Source: Podarcis erhardii
Lineage: Eukaryota
Assembly: GCA_964252035.1 (NCBI GenBank)
Contig: OZ176200.1
Direction: 5' to 3' (one strand)
DNA: 64,000 bases
This document shows, in pieces, positions 38,401 through 52,759 of this stretch (position 1 is its first letter; the number at the start of each line of letters is the position of its first letter). A program made the position numbers and the translations under genes. The notes under the pieces were generated by a model. It worked only from the letters and a program-made list of their open reading frames with translations. It was not told the origin of the DNA and made no database searches.

Positions 38401-41400
38401 GCCAGAGGGGGGGGCAGCTGTTCTCCCTAATCAAATAAATAAATAGAAATACTTTAACTGACCAATTGCATCACAGATATATCTGTTCTGCCCCCCTCGA
38501 CATAAAGTCTCTCCCCCCCCCCAAAAAAAAATCCTGGCTCCACCCATGGAGTAGATATACCTTATGACTCATCCCTTTTCTCAGATGAAACTTTATGGTA
38601 TAAGAAATTCAGGGTACCCACCAAAACCTGTAACACTCTGTAGTTCCCCCCTTCCTCTCTAAGAAATATTACCATGTATTTCATTGGCTGCATGAAAAAA
38701 ATCTGAAGTAAATGTGGATGTGAGGCAATGAGGAACTTTTCACCCACCCTGTCAAGACGTCGGTCAAGGAAATCCAGCAGAACATTGACAGCATCCATGT
38801 TGACTCCCATATATTCAAGCGAGCCCGGATGCACCTTGGGGGCCAGCAGGACATCCAGACACTTGAGAGGCAGATTGCCCAGAAGGTTGACTGTGTGGCT
38901 GAACATGCAATGCAAGACAAAATATGCAAAGGAAGTAGCCTCCACATCAACAAGGAGCCATTTTGTTTTGTTGTTTAAAACCTGTCAAAGATCTAGTTAA
39001 TTTCCATTTTCAAGCACCACGGGAACAAGACCCAAAACTATCCTTCCCTTGGCATCGTGACAAGACTATAAACACTCCTGAGAACATTTAACAATAGCAT
39101 TTACTTCTCCCATGTACTGCCTCAATTTTCCCTTCCCTTCCTTTGCTGTTTTCTGGTGTCCATTTTTAGATTATATCAAACTAATTCTTTATAAAGTGCC
39201 ATGTACTATATCATCATCAACAACAACCACCAGTATCCAGTGGCGGAGCAAGATGCTGCAGCCCCTGGAGCGGAGTACAGGCGGGGGTGTGGCGTGTCAC
39301 CTGCGGGGGCGTGGTGCACATCCCAGGGTTGCGTGTCCCGGGGGCAGCCACGATGGCACCCATTCCCCAAATGGTACCCGATGCAGCACGCTCCCCTGCC
39401 CCTCCGGTACAGAAGTGCAGGTAGCACTATATCAATCAGTATCAGCAACTAAAGTTCTTAGGTACTGTGTCAAATAGACCTGACCCCCAGATTCTTGAAT
39501 ACCCAAACTGCATGGTGGTCATGATAATGTTTTTGGTTTTCCCAGCCAATCCAAGCTTTTCACCAGGATAATCACCTGTGAAATTCTTCTGTCCGGTCTT
39601 CACCATCTGCTGAAATCATCAGGCAGTGACGGAGGAGGGCACCCAGGCGTCGGTACAGAGCAGCATCTTCCTGGCCCCAAAACATAATGAAAAGCCTGAT
39701 TATGAGAAAGGAACACATCTCTCTTGTGCACAGTCTAGTCTGTTGGTTGCAAAAAGCTACGTTTTACAGTACGTTCCCAAAATGGAATGGAATTCTAGTC
39801 CAAAGAAAAACTGTGCCCAAGGAAACTAAAAATGTGCGTAGCTGAATTACACTGCTAAGAATACAGCCCTTAACAGAGTTCCTGGCACCATTTTGTGGAG
39901 AAATTTGGGCATAGTAACCAAAGTAGGGCTGAAGTAGTACGAGACTCCTTCATTCAGCATTTCTTTCTTTCCTTGACCCCTTATCCTTCTCTCTGGGTGT
40001 CTTGATTATGCTCCCACAATTTTGTCTAAGCTGCATTCTTCCTCCTCTTTCCCCAGAATGTAAAATTATGCAAAACAACAATTAAATTAGGCAGCAAGAA
40101 TATAACGGTTAAATTAAATTAATTCATACATACATACACAAACACGGCAAATTGCAATTTTTATAAAAAATATATATCCAGTCATGGAATTTGGATTGTC
40201 TGGCTGCTGAATCTGGAATATTTTCTTAATGCAGAACTCCAGGTGCAAATATCGTTTCCCTACAGAGGTATCTATATTTATTCTGCCACACTTTACCCTC
40301 TCTTCTGCTGCTTCATGTTTCATTTATTTATATTTTTAAAGGTTTATAAATTCACATCATAAAATATCAGAGCAGCATACATAAAACTCAAAGTAATTTT
40401 GTTGAGGATTTCTACAATCAAGCAGTATATAAATTTGATGAAATAAATAAATAGTATAAAATAGATACCCAGAAATTATATCCTTCACAGGTCTCCCTGA
40501 GCTCACAGTTCATTTCTAATCCAGAAAGTGAGAGAGACTCTGGATATTTTAAATAGCTTGATCTGCTAGGTTTTCATCCCGATTTAGTTAGTAAACAGAC
40601 ACTGGCAGTACCTTGCCAACACTGCTGCTTACACCTCAACACCCACAATGCTAGGCTTGCTTTCTTGAGCTGCCATGCATTACTGAAAAATAGATTCCAC
40701 CAGATTGTAAGATATCTGATTTTACCATGTTTTAGATCAGGACTGTGGAAGCAAACACAACATAATTTTAGAAATGAATGTTTTCATTCATTTAGCCTTT
40801 CTTTTTTTATTGGCTTTGAGTGTGCAGGAATTTGTGCTTTTGTATGTTGATAAATAGGCCTGTTTATAACAAGAGTCAGCCAGTGGGCATGAGCAGAATT
40901 GACCAAATATATAGGTGCTCCCACAGAACAAGTCAGAAATGCAGGGGGGGGGGTGAACTAAGTCAGGCAACTTGCCCCTTCCTTTCTTAAATGGTGACTA
41001 TAAGCACAGAAATCATGGATGAAAGAAACAGGTACATAAAAACAGAAATACATCACAAAATTGAGCTACCAAAAGCTCCCTCTGAGTGTCTTACCTCATC
41101 TACCTCCCTCTTGCTGGTGTCAAATGTGATATTGAAGAGCACTTTCAGGATCTCCATGGCTCGCTCCACCTCCTGCCGAGGTAAAGGAGCAGAAGGGTTC
41201 CCCTCAGCAGCTACCTCGTGAGGGTCTAGCCACTTGACTCCCAGGGTGAGTTCCAAGGTATCTGTCATCAGACCGATACCCCGGAGTTCCTGTGCAAGCT
41301 GCTGCCGGATGTCCACTCTCAATGCCGTCAGCAAGAAGAGAAGGCGCAAGTCAAAGAACTTTATATCGTGCGGGAGGTTTCTCTCGTTGTAGAGTTTGAT

Positions 41401-44400
41401 GCGGTCTGTGAGGCCCACCACGAACCGGGCTTCGGAGGTCAGCTCCTGAGCCCGGGGACTGCTGAAGACAATGTTGCAGAGACATTTCAGTGCCTCTAGG
41501 ATCACTTCAAGGTCTGGAACCTCCAGAATCTGCTCTTCTGCGTAATCAATCCCCGCGTGCCTGGCCAGCGTCTTCAGGCCTTCCATGGTTGTGAAAGGGC
41601 CAAGGCAGCTTTTGTCTCGGGACAGGATCCGTATGCTTTCCAAACAGGTGACCTGGCAGGATGGCTGCAGCACCCTCTCCAGAAACTTGATCAGAAGCGC
41701 AGCCAGTTTCTGAAGCATTACAGAGGTGGGGGGGGGGGTGGGAGAAGAAAACTAGTAGTGAAGCAATAAACATCTATGTGAAGGAAGAAAATTATGTCTG
41801 CGCTAGTGGATTGCACAGGTTCAACAAGCTACGTTGTACCTCAAACCTGCACAACCCATCCAGTGCCCCAGGCCATATCCATCTTGGTCAGTCACTGCCA
41901 GTTTGGACCCCATTAGTACATCTGTGGCACATGTTAATATACTGTACCACTTATTATTTGAATGTAGAACAGTTTATAATTTTTAAATAAATAAATATTG
42001 TTAAAATAAATGAAGCTTTTTTTGCCCAAATGTGCACTGCTCTACACTTGCTTATATTGGGCAGGTTAAAAATTTAATAATAAAAACAGCAGCAGCAGCA
42101 ACTGCATTTGCAATTTTAATGACAAGTTCCCTGCAATTTGCAGATATGCCTTTGGGATTCCTCTCAAAACCTCTGGCATTGTCGGCCATTAATGAGCAAG
42201 TTAAAAAAAGCAGGTTTAAAACTGATCCTTAAGAGGATTCCACTTTCTATACACACACCCTCATTGGTTTTAGTGATATGTAGTTCTTTGCTTTCTGCAG
42301 GCCACAATAAAGCAGCAAAATGATGCAAAAGTGAGTGGAGGAGTGCCATGATGGAGCTTCAGTGAAAACAGATACAGTATTTAAAAATAGGCACATTTGT
42401 AGTTTCATACATTTCTCCTCTCTCTCTCTCTCTCTCTCGTCTTCTCTTTGTATCCTTTTATTCGGCAACAGGTAAGGTAAAGGGACCCCTGACCATTAGG
42501 TCCAGTCGCAGACGACTCTGGGGTTGCGGCGCTCATCTCACTCTATAGGCTGAGAGAGCCGGCGTTTGTCCGCAGACAGCTTCCGGGTCATGTGGCCAGC
42601 ATGACTAAGCCGCTTCTGGCAAACCAGAGCATCAAACGGAAATGCCGTTTACCTTCCTGCCGGAGCGGTACCTATTTATCTACTTGTACTTCATGCTTTC
42701 GAATTTCTAGGTTGGCAGGAGCAGGGACTGAGCAACAGGAGCTCAACCCGTCGCAAGGGAATCTAACAGCCGACCTTCTGATCAGCAAGCCCTAGGCTCT
42801 GTGGTTTAACCCACAGCGCCACCCGTGTCCCTTTCTGCAGCAGGCTATGGGCCACTTTAATCAAAATTCAGTAAAGGTACAGAGGTGTATCTATTTTTGG
42901 AGCATTATCAGCAAACACTTGTTTAAATGCCTTTTTAACTGATGCTAGTGAACAGGACCGTTTATGCAAAGAACTACTGTTCTCCTCAAAGACTGGTAGC
43001 TTATTTCTGTCAGTTCAAATCCAGAGAAGAGAAACTGAAAACAGCTGCGGGTTGGGGTGGGAAAAGAGAACAAGTCATAGTAGCTTTCTGCCCTGAAAGT
43101 GAATTCAATAAAGATATCTGCATAGTCACTGCATGCAGTTACATCTTGGATGATCCCCCTTTTCTTTCTGCAATTTGGCTATGCACTAAAACTCAAGGAA
43201 GCTTCCTTGAACAGATAAAATTATACTGGCTGGTGCACCTACTGAAAATTTGCCTGCCAATGTATGACCCTATTTATTAAATTTATATCATGCCTTTCCA
43301 CATAATGACACCCAAGTTGCCCAATATCAAGTAAAATAAAAATACAACATAAAATAATCCCATACACATAAAATACTACCTATAAAGCAAGCTGGTAAAA
43401 AACATGTCAATAAAACTGCCAGTTAAAAACAGCAACGGTACTTTTTATTATCTAAAATAGTTAAACAAATATTTAATAATCAAATACTTACCTATCTATC
43501 AAAATAGTATCAATAAGATTGGTTATACTTATCATTAGTAATTATTCATATTATTTTAACAGTTAAATAAAAGTTAACTATATTATTTTAAATAGACCTT
43601 TTAGACCTATATCAACAGAAATGTTGATATAGAAGGATCACAAACACTACAGCTTTACAGGACTTATGGTTTGATATAATTGGCTTAGCACTGCTGCCTC
43701 ATCATGGTAACTTCATGAGGGAACTGAGCTCCCATTATTTATTGTGATTGTACCTCCTCACAGAAAGGCCTTTCTGTATAAGCACATCACACAACCACTA
43801 GTCAAGTAGATTATTTGCTACTCATCTCACGGCTCCAAGACTGGGGGGGGGGGGGTTAACAAAAGAAATGGGACCTGAATGCAACAGGTGCCTCGCTATC
43901 ATACTGTACTCTGCTTCTTACCCAGCATGTGGTTTTATGAGGCAGCACCATCAACCACCCTCTAGCTGCTACCAGCATAATTTCATACTTCTTGAGGACC
44001 ATAATATACATGAAGCATGCTTTTGAACTAGACACTTTTGTTCAGAAGGAAAAGCTTCCATGCATGTAGGAGGAATTCCGTGCTTTCAATGTCTAGGGCA
44101 AGTCACCATCTCACAGCCTCAGTGATCCTGATGGAGTAAGCAAAATAAGGAAATAAGTACTTACCCTCCTTTCTTCCTGTTCCTCATCTTCAAAGGTGAA
44201 ACACTGTGATTTCTGAGAATAAACCAGGGACAACAGATATGTACTAGGAAAATAAACTTACTCTAAAAGCGTGAAAGGAATTTCTTCTGAACACCTAGTC
44301 CTACAGCATGCAACTCCAGTGAACACTATAAAGCAGTGAGAAGTTAAGCAAGAAACATGCTGAAACTGATAAATTCATACTGAGGAGCATATGAAAGCTA

Positions 44401-47400
44401 TGATACAGTGGTACCTCAGGTTACAGACGCTTCAGGTTACAGACTCCACTAACCCAGAAATAGTACCTTGGGTTAAGAACTTTGCTTTAGGATGAGAACA
44501 GAAATCGTGCTCCAGCGGTGCGGCGGCAGCGGGAGGCCCCATTAGCTAAAGTGGTGCTTCAGGTTAAGAACAGTTTCAGGTTAAGAACGGACCTCCGGAA
44601 CGAATTAAGTTCTTAACCCGAGGTACCACTGTACATAAGGAAACTGTGCAGCTCTGAACAATTCTACTGTTTCATATAAGGCTATGCTGAAGAAAACATC
44701 AAAAGATACATAGGAAGCAATTCTGAAGTAATATAAGACACAGAACAAAGCAACTTTGGGGTGCAGTCCTTAAAGTACTTGCATCTGGAAAGCCCTTTGA
44801 AGCCACTGAGGATGTGCTCATTTGAACAACACAAAAAAACCGGTTCTCCATTCTGATATTTTCAAGAGAAAATGACAATCTAATTAGTTTCTCTTGACTT
44901 TAGAACAAGAAGTTTCAATATATTATTGTAGCCAATTTCTATTTGAGTAAAAATTCTTATGAGTCTGCAACATGGAAGACGGAAGAGGCAATTTTCTCTA
45001 ATTCTCCCTTCCTGCTGCAACCCCCTGCTCTCTCTCTCATGCTTCTCTGGAGAGTCTTCCAACCTTCTAGAGCAGATTTTGTAAGGCATAAAGGACTGCA
45101 GGGGGAAAGTGAGGAAAGTTCCATCACCCATTCATGAGATGCTCCTGCCAGCAAAAGAGGAACTCTGCTCAAGGGATGCTCCCACAAACAAGCCTAGTTA
45201 TGATCCAAGTTTTTGTTTTTGGAATGTGTATATATGTCACTTATGCAAATCCCTAGCTAGCCACTACTGATCATATTGTTCGAAAGCATGTTACATGATT
45301 TGTTTGATAATAAGGAGCTTAATAAACTAGAATGTACAGAACCTAGCATGTTAGGAGTGCCCAGTAAGGGTCACATTAAATCCTACACAGAATTAGAGAC
45401 ACTGGGCACTGAAAATATCTAGAGTCCATTTTTAAAGTATGCTATGCATACTTAAAAAGTTGGAAACTTTGAATTAAATTCATAGAGTCATTTCAAAGCA
45501 TACCTATTCAGTCTTGAGGTACCAGGATACTGATATATCCAAACATCAGCAAAAGATTAATTGTTATGCTAAGGCAGGTAGACAGCTTCATCTCATACCA
45601 CTATGTTTTTTTCCTTCCATTTACACTGTATGAATCTAAAATCTTTAATTCAGTCCTACACTCGCTACATCTTGTTCTACTGAAATTAACTGTCCTGAGA
45701 TAACTGTACAATCATTTTAAGTGAGAGTAGATAGTGACATTTTTTCCACAATGAAGTGGTAGGGGAGCACACAGGGCTCTAATCTGAATTGCCAACTACC
45801 ACTCAAAGATTACTACATTCAAGGGCAATCCTCAGTACAAGACAGTTCACACAGTCCAGCCAGCTTTCCTAAAGGAAGAACACATGCGAAATTGTAAAAT
45901 TTGAGTTCATTTGCTTTTTAAAGTCTTCTAGATTCTTTTTTAATTTTACACTACTATGTAAACATTTCATAATCACAATGTAATTTTTTTTAGCAAATTC
46001 ACTTTTGCTATATATGAAGATGATTCTTAAACAGACACAGGCAAATCACTGTTGACAGTCCTTGTTCACACTCATCTATGCACATTCCAAAATCATGTTC
46101 ACCTCTCTCTCATTGCTATCATATAGAAATGAAATGGAATACTAAGATTCCAAATTTAGGAATGATTTAACAATGCATTTTGGCTGTATGAAGAGGATTT
46201 CTTTAATGATCAGAAGGCCTTATGCTTCAGATCTTGCAATATGTTTTATTAGCAGCAGCAATGGTTTCTGAAACTCTGTTCTATGGTACTCTGTTTCCTT
46301 GAAAACCTATCAAGGGATCCACAATAGTTTTAATTTATTAGATATGTATTTCACTTTTGGACTGGAGTCCTCAGAGTGTCTCACATTCCATGTGGGAAGA
46401 TATTTGGGGGGGTGGGGGAGGATGAAGAACAACATTATCAATGAGAATACAGTGGTACCTCTGGTTATGAACTTAATTCGTTCCGGAGGTTCGTTCCGGA
46501 GGTCCGTTCTTAACCTGAAACTGTTCTTAACCTGAGGTACCACTTTAGCTAATGGGGCCTCCTGGAGCCCCGCTGCCACTGTGCCACCGGCGTGCAATTT
46601 CTGTTCTCATCCTGGGGCAAAGTTCTTAACCTGAGGTACTACTGTACTACTTCCGGGTTAGTAGAGTCTGTAACTCGAGGTGTTTGTAACCTTAGGTACC
46701 TCTGTATTGGTAATGATGGGCAAGCTTCTCTGAAAGACAGCCCTGCCCATTGAATCATACACTGTTTGCTATTGCAGACAAAGAACTAAACCATATTTTG
46801 TACCATCTTGTTTTGCTGTGGTAAGGAGGAGGGAGAGATACAGGAAGAATGGCTTATTACTACCTGAGTAGCCATGTTGATTATGACTGTAGTTTTCAAA
46901 TTTTCTACTTTCAGGGAAACCCACGCTAACTTTGCTGAAGGGAAACCCCTACAATGTAGAATATTATGATGCATGTCCTAAGATGGGCAGTCCATTCATG
47001 CAGCCTACTGGATCTCATCATTGCCCTGTGGGAATTAAAAACACATTCTAGAACACACTAATGCATCCCTTCAGCTTTACATTGCAATGGAAGATCAGCA
47101 ATGGTGGGCAAGCCATTCTTCAGGAAAGCTTGCCCACCATTCTTGATCTTCTGATTGCAGGATTCCTAATAAGTTTCCAAGGATCTCATGGGTTTCCCAC
47201 ACTACCGTTCAAATACTCCTAGCAATATCTTGGTTTTGGTTTCATATTCTCCCAAGTATTCCTTCTCAACATCAGAAATCACTCATGTGTCGAAGAAACA
47301 AAGTTCTACAGCCTTTGCTGCTGCTTCATATACTGTCTGATTTATATGCAAACATCGTTAAGAAAAAGAAAAATGAAATTCACATAATTGTTCCCTCAGT

Positions 47401-49042
47401 TGTTGAATAAGCCTACTAGTTGCACTCGATTCACTGGTAGCAGCTTGGCAGAGACAGCTGAGAAGTGGAGCACAAATGTCACTCTTAGGTGTATAGCTTT
47501 TATATTCTTCTGTCACCATGCCTAATAATTTTTTTTGGTAAAAACTAAGGTTTTTGGTAAGCATGACTTTTGCTTTATCTGCTGTGCCTCCTCTTATGGA
47601 GTTCCCTCTCATGAATTCTTAAAATATCTCAGCATTAAACTATTTCCATACTGAGAGACAACAGTGAAGCATTTCAGGGTGCTCAGAGAATGGCAGTCGC
47701 TCTTCCAAACACTGGTGGAGAAACACCAAAAGGTGGCCTTTCTGTTTACAAAGCTCTTGTTCTCTAAACTTCCAAGTAGAATATTGATTTTCTCTATCCA
47801 AAATTGCCTACAAATGCATACATACAGTACATACACATATATCCTGAATGGAGTTCTAAAGGTTTAAACCTTTTTCTCTGCTAGTGAAGCTGATATTTTA
47901 TCTACCAGTCTCTGCTTTATTCATGTTGTCATTGCTACAGCTGGAATCTTTGCCACAGCAAAACAAGGGGAAGGCTCAGCAGTAGAGCACAAGCTCTTAA
48001 TGCAAAAGTTCCCAGATTCATTTCCCAGCATCTCTAATTAAAAAGCATCTCAGGTCAGGACTTGGAAAGACCTCTGGTCGAGGCCTCATTGTGAGCTGAA
48101 GTAAACAAATGCTGGATTAAAGACCAATGATCTGACACAGTGTAAGACAATTTCGTATGCAAATAAATACATGCAGTTTGCCAACTCATTTATTTTTCCT
48201 CTGAGGAAATACCATTTGTGCTACATATAAAATATGCAGCTTTGCTTATTTCCCACCTAGTTTAAAGGTCTACCACAAGGGGAGTCACATAGATATGTAA
48301 ACCAAAAGTATTCCTGATGCAACTGCCTGTAAATTAATGACACATTCACAGGAGCTTGATTCCAAGTTCTCAGATATGATTATCATGGAAGTATCTGGTT
48401 CTTGTGTCATTTTGAAACAAATCTAATGGTTAGTGCCTTAGACTGCTTGTTCTCACCATGTTCATTGTTTTTCCTCTCTTCCTCATCAGTTTTCAAATGC
48501 CATATCTATGGCAATCCCTTCATTAAGAGATTTTTTAAAATTGCACACCGCACAGTAGTTCTATTCCACATACAGCAACTCCTGGGGCTGCCTGTTTGTT
48601 AATACCACACATCTGCTTGCCACATAAAGCTCCTCCTTTCCCTTCTGTTCTCCAAAATCCGTCCTTCACTGCTAACATCGATTTTTCCAACACTGACTCT
48701 GGCCAAAGCAGCACAAGCTCCCCATTACATACAGGAAAAAAGGGAGAGTGCAGTCACAAACAATCAATATGCAAAAGACCTACTCTTTGCAAAGGCAAAA
48801 AGATACTTGCTAGCAGAGGTTAACAACATTTTGTTGAAGCAATGCAGGCAGATGAAACTGAAGGCAGCTTATGGGGAACAGCACCAAAGCACCAGCACAG
48901 ATTCTCCAGCTGATCCTTCCGACTGACATCAGCCAAACAATTTCCAATGAATACTCACCTCCTGGTTGTAGATCTGCAGCACCTTGAGAATAGTATCTTG
49001 CTCCCCACTTTCGACAGTCTCTAGCACAGTCCGGAGCGCCAT
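32403..49042 (-). CDS. RIC8A: RIC8 guanine nucleotide exchange factor A (synembryn-A), 544 aa, 10 coding exons
   Basis: Exons 48959-49042 ([28 protein letters not shown]), 44165-44212, 41095-41709, 39576-39670, 38748-38898, 37947-38042, 37443-37587, 36396-36540 ([14 protein letters not shown]...[12 protein letters not shown]), 35144-35263 ([32 protein letters not shown]) and 32403-32538. Total 1635 nt, all GT-AG and in frame. Confidence 0.97.
38249..38382. mobile_element. hAT MITE A (134 bp)
   Basis: TIRs CAGGCATCCCCAA and TTGGGGATGCCTG (13/13), internal inverted CCAGATGTTTTGG/CCAAAACATCTGG, and a perfect 8-bp TSD GAGTAGAT. Confidence 0.92.
38391..38548. mobile_element. hAT MITE B (158 bp)
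   Basis: Imperfect TIRs TATAGGCATAGCCAG and CTGGCTCCACCCATG, flanked on both sides by GAGTAGAT. Confidence 0.78.
39238..39417. mobile_element. Older GC-rich hAT-like MITE
   Basis: Starts CAGTGGCGGAGC and forms a GC/CpG-rich island in an AT-rich intron. The right end and TSD are degenerate (ccagtatc vs caggtagc). Confidence 0.45.
42414..42438. repeat. (TC)n microsatellite
   Basis: Read directly. Confidence 0.92.
42471..42831 (-). mobile_element. Sauria SINE, full length
   Basis: The reverse complement begins GGGACACGGGTGGCGCTGTGGGTTAAACCACAGAGCCTAGG (tRNA-derived head), contains GCAAGTAGATAAATAGGTACCGCT-type core and ends GGTCAGGGGTCCCTTTACCTTACC. Confidence 0.92.
44406..44631. mobile_element. 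Tc1/mariner-type MITE, CAGTGGTACCT family, copy 2
   Basis: Termini CAGTGGTACCTC and GAGGTACCACTG with TA flanks; CpG-rich core. Confidence 0.9.
46450..46704. mobile_element. Tc1/mariner-type MITE, CAGTGGTACCT family, copy 3 (inverted relative to 44406)
   Basis: Termini CAGTGGTACCT and AGGTACCTCTG with TA flanks; internal duplication of GTTCCGGAGGT. Confidence 0.85.
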
Positions 49043-52000
49043 TGCTCCACAGTGTGGAGGTGGCCTGGAGTGCTGTAAAGTGTGGCAAGCGGCTTTGCAG
49101 TCTGGCTGGATAATTACAGATGCGCAGGGCCCTAATCACACAGCTGAGGAGGAGATGAGGAAAGCAAAGTGAGACTGCCCACTTCAATACGCCCAAAGCA
49201 CAGAGCAGATGGATGATCCTAGTAAAACCAGCCAGCAGCTCACTCGCTCTCTCACACTAATCCTCTTCCCTCTCTGAGCTTTGCAGCTTTTAAAAAATGC
49301 CCTCCCAGCAAAGCACCTACAAAAGCCTCCCCCTCCCCCAGTCTGAGGATTACCTCAGAAGGGATGCTGCAGCTCCCTGAAATAGCCTCCCTCCTCCAAC
49401 TGTCCTGGTTTCTGTTACAGCACAGAAAAACCTAGAACCATCCCAGTGATATATTTAAAAAATGTACATAGCACAATATAGGCAAACACCCCCCCCCATC
49501 TAGGTTAAGGTGGTAAAATCATTTGTCAGGTTTCCAGAGATCTGAGTACCTTTTAAATTGACTCCCATTAGATCCAAATACATGAACCTGGTTAAATGTA
49601 TCATATCTGCATTCAATTACCACAGAGTAACAAACATGGCAACTGTTTAAAGGATGTGTGGCCATGTTTGTTTCCCTCCAGTGGTCTTTCTAATCACAGC
49701 ACATGATGTCAGCACACAATGACAGGGTGAGGGAGATCAGCAGGCCATGCGCACAAGCTGGGAGAGGCAACAAGAAGTCCATGCCTGTCCCATCTTGAGT
49801 GCTCAGCCTTATAATCAAGTGCATTCCATTTACGTTCTAGAATCCATCCTAGCCTTCATAACTAAAATGCTAATCATGATGATATATGTCTCTTCCTGCA
49901 AGTTGCAAATTATGTGCAAGCCAGAATTACAGAAGCCTGATAACATTCCCAGAATGCCATGAGTTGTACTATCTAAGAGTCACGTCTCATTTTTAGAGGT
50001 GCCTGACCTTCACACTTTACATGTGTACTGAGGAAAACACTACCCAGCTGCCACAAAGTGTGAAATTGCTGTGAGCTACAGCTTACATGGACATAATTAA
50101 ATACTTGCTATGAATTCTCTGCAAACCAGCAAAGAGTATGGCACAGAACAACATCCAAATAAAGAACTAAGAGATACGATGCTATATATTAATGACCAGA
50201 TACAGGCAGGCATTGTCAATTCTGGTAAAGCACCACCATTCTTGGATCCACAAATGCCTCATCTCATAAGAATTCAGCTGTCTTTTATACAAAATTTAAT
50301 CAGCTCTCAGAGCTACAGGCATTGGAACAGTGGGGTATGTATGTGTGGAGACTGAGATGTAAACATAACCAGAGTATTAGAAACAAACTGCATGAAAATA
50401 AACAGCCTTCTGTACAGATAGTTAATGCACGTCCCCACCCAGGGCCAATCACGCAACTAGTTCCTCGCAACTGGAGCTGGATCAAGGTCTCTGTTGCTAA
50501 ATCCCTGAAATCTTGTGGGGAATGTGGGCTTGTATGTTTTCCTGTATTCTCTTTTAAACACTGTACAAAAAGTTTTATGACAGTTCTCTAACAATAAAAT
50601 TGTCCCCTGATTTCTCCAAGCACCCTGGTGGATTTGTCCCAAACTGGGACCATTTGTCTCAAGTACAAATTGCGATTTGGCATACTGTTATTCAACTCCT
50701 ATTAGGAAGGTTTGCAATGGAGTGGCAACATGAGTTTTATGTTTACAAAAAATAATTCAGACCATCTTTTGCCATAAGGTGTAACCCATTTTCTAAGGGA
50801 ACTAAAAAGGAAAATATAGAATCATTGCATAAATTAGCTCTTAATTGCAAAACAGTTTTTTGACATCAAGCATTGTCAACAAGTGAAAGTTTATCAAAGA
50901 ATGATGCCAATAGCTCAACTGATTGTATGAGTTAGCTTGTAACAGCTTGCGAAACAGATCACTTCCTTTATCTTATATAGACTTGTGATAATCTGAAACA
51001 AAAGCAAAGCAATTTTAATAAGGTATATACCTTGAAATAGGAAACATCTGGCAGTACTTGCTACAATGATTGTAGTTAGCACTTCCACTACAGGTCCACA
51101 CATATGCAAGGATTTTGTAATTTAAAAACAGCCATATCAGTTTATTTTTCACCCATTTCCAGTGCACACACTGGAAAAAAAGATCAGCATCAAACAGAAT
51201 ATGCAAACCTTTGTATATGAATGAAAATGTAAAGCTGAAGTCAGACCTGTTTCTGTTTAGGCAAGCCATATATACATAGATTATGTTAATCTTTTAAACT
51301 CCATCAAAGCCTACTGCCATCCACATCCCTCTGGAAAACATTCACAAGCTGGAGAAAATGGAAAATATCCCATTAACCTATATCCCAGCCTGTCATCCAA
51401 CATGCAAGCTACATGACAGACTCCAAAATGGTTTAAAATAATATTGTTTATATATCCATTTTTTCCTTTTTAAAAAAAGAGCAAAAAAATCATTTTCACT
51501 ATAAATTCATGCCTAGCTAGTCCTACTAACCTGAATTCAGAAATTTAAAAACCAAACTAATCAGAGGGTGAGGGGAAAATGTTACCTTCTTTTTAATTAA
51601 GCTGCCTTTTGTGTGTGCAGTTTTCGATCAGACTTCCTGCTTCATTTCCTGAAAACAGCAACTCTCCCTCCTTCCCCCAACCCTACCAAATGCAGTTTTC
51701 AAGAGCAGGCAGCGGCTTTGTTGTCATTCTGCTGGAAATCCTGCTAGCAGAAAACAGAGGGCGCAGTGGGGAACCACAATGCTGGGCTGCTCATCCAGAG
51801 ACTGTAGAAGAGAAAGAACAGGTCTCTTGGGAATTCCACCCCTTTCAGTAACTGTCTTCAGGCTGATGGGAAATGGTGAATGCAAAACCACACGGGAAGT
51901 GAGAAATCATGGCACAGAGCAGATGATTGGCTACAGTCAACTCTTGGCTTTGCTCCCCAGGCAGCAGTCAGAAATGGCAAACCAGCATCCACAGATTGGA

Positions 52001-52759
52001 TATCCAAAGGGTAAAAAAGAAATCACCTGGATTTTGTTTTACTCTTGGAGATAACAGACTTATGGAAACCCTTAACCCAGCTTGTTATTTCAGAGCCCTA
52101 TTCTGATGCTTCACTAACTAGATAGGTACGGTAATACTTTAATCTTCTGTAATGGCACTTACAGAAGCTTGTATATCCTCTTATTATTGTTGTTTTAAGA
52201 TTTTGGCGTTTGTCACCCTGGAGTCCTTTGAGATTAAGGCTGGGGTAGAAATTTAATAATGACATAGATTAATGAGGTAGGAATAACTGCTACATCATTG
52301 TTCTACATAAATATTGATCTAGATTCTAGACAAACATTTAAATGCATCACTCTTCTATGTATAAGCATAAAAAGTCAATTGTACCAATATTTAACTACCC
52401 TCGCTCCAGAGGGGCAATTTGTATAAAATATTGGGGGGGGGAGGTAAGCCCTGCACCCCATAATCAATCACATGATGCAGTGCATGCACACCATTTGAGG
52501 GCTGGCCCCCTCAAATATTTTATTGGGGTGGCCGAATACCCCTTGGCCTCTAGGAGTTTGTGCCTATGCCTCTCTCTATGATTATTACACTAAGGGAAAA
52601 GTAATCCATATTATCTGTTCCTATCTACAGTATGTAAGCACGGTCTTTAAACATATAAACCACACACCCTCAATCATGTTTTGGTCAGTTAACATGTCAT
52701 TTTAGACTACTTTCTTGAATGAGTTCACTAACTTCAGTTCCGCAAGGGATTTACCTCTG

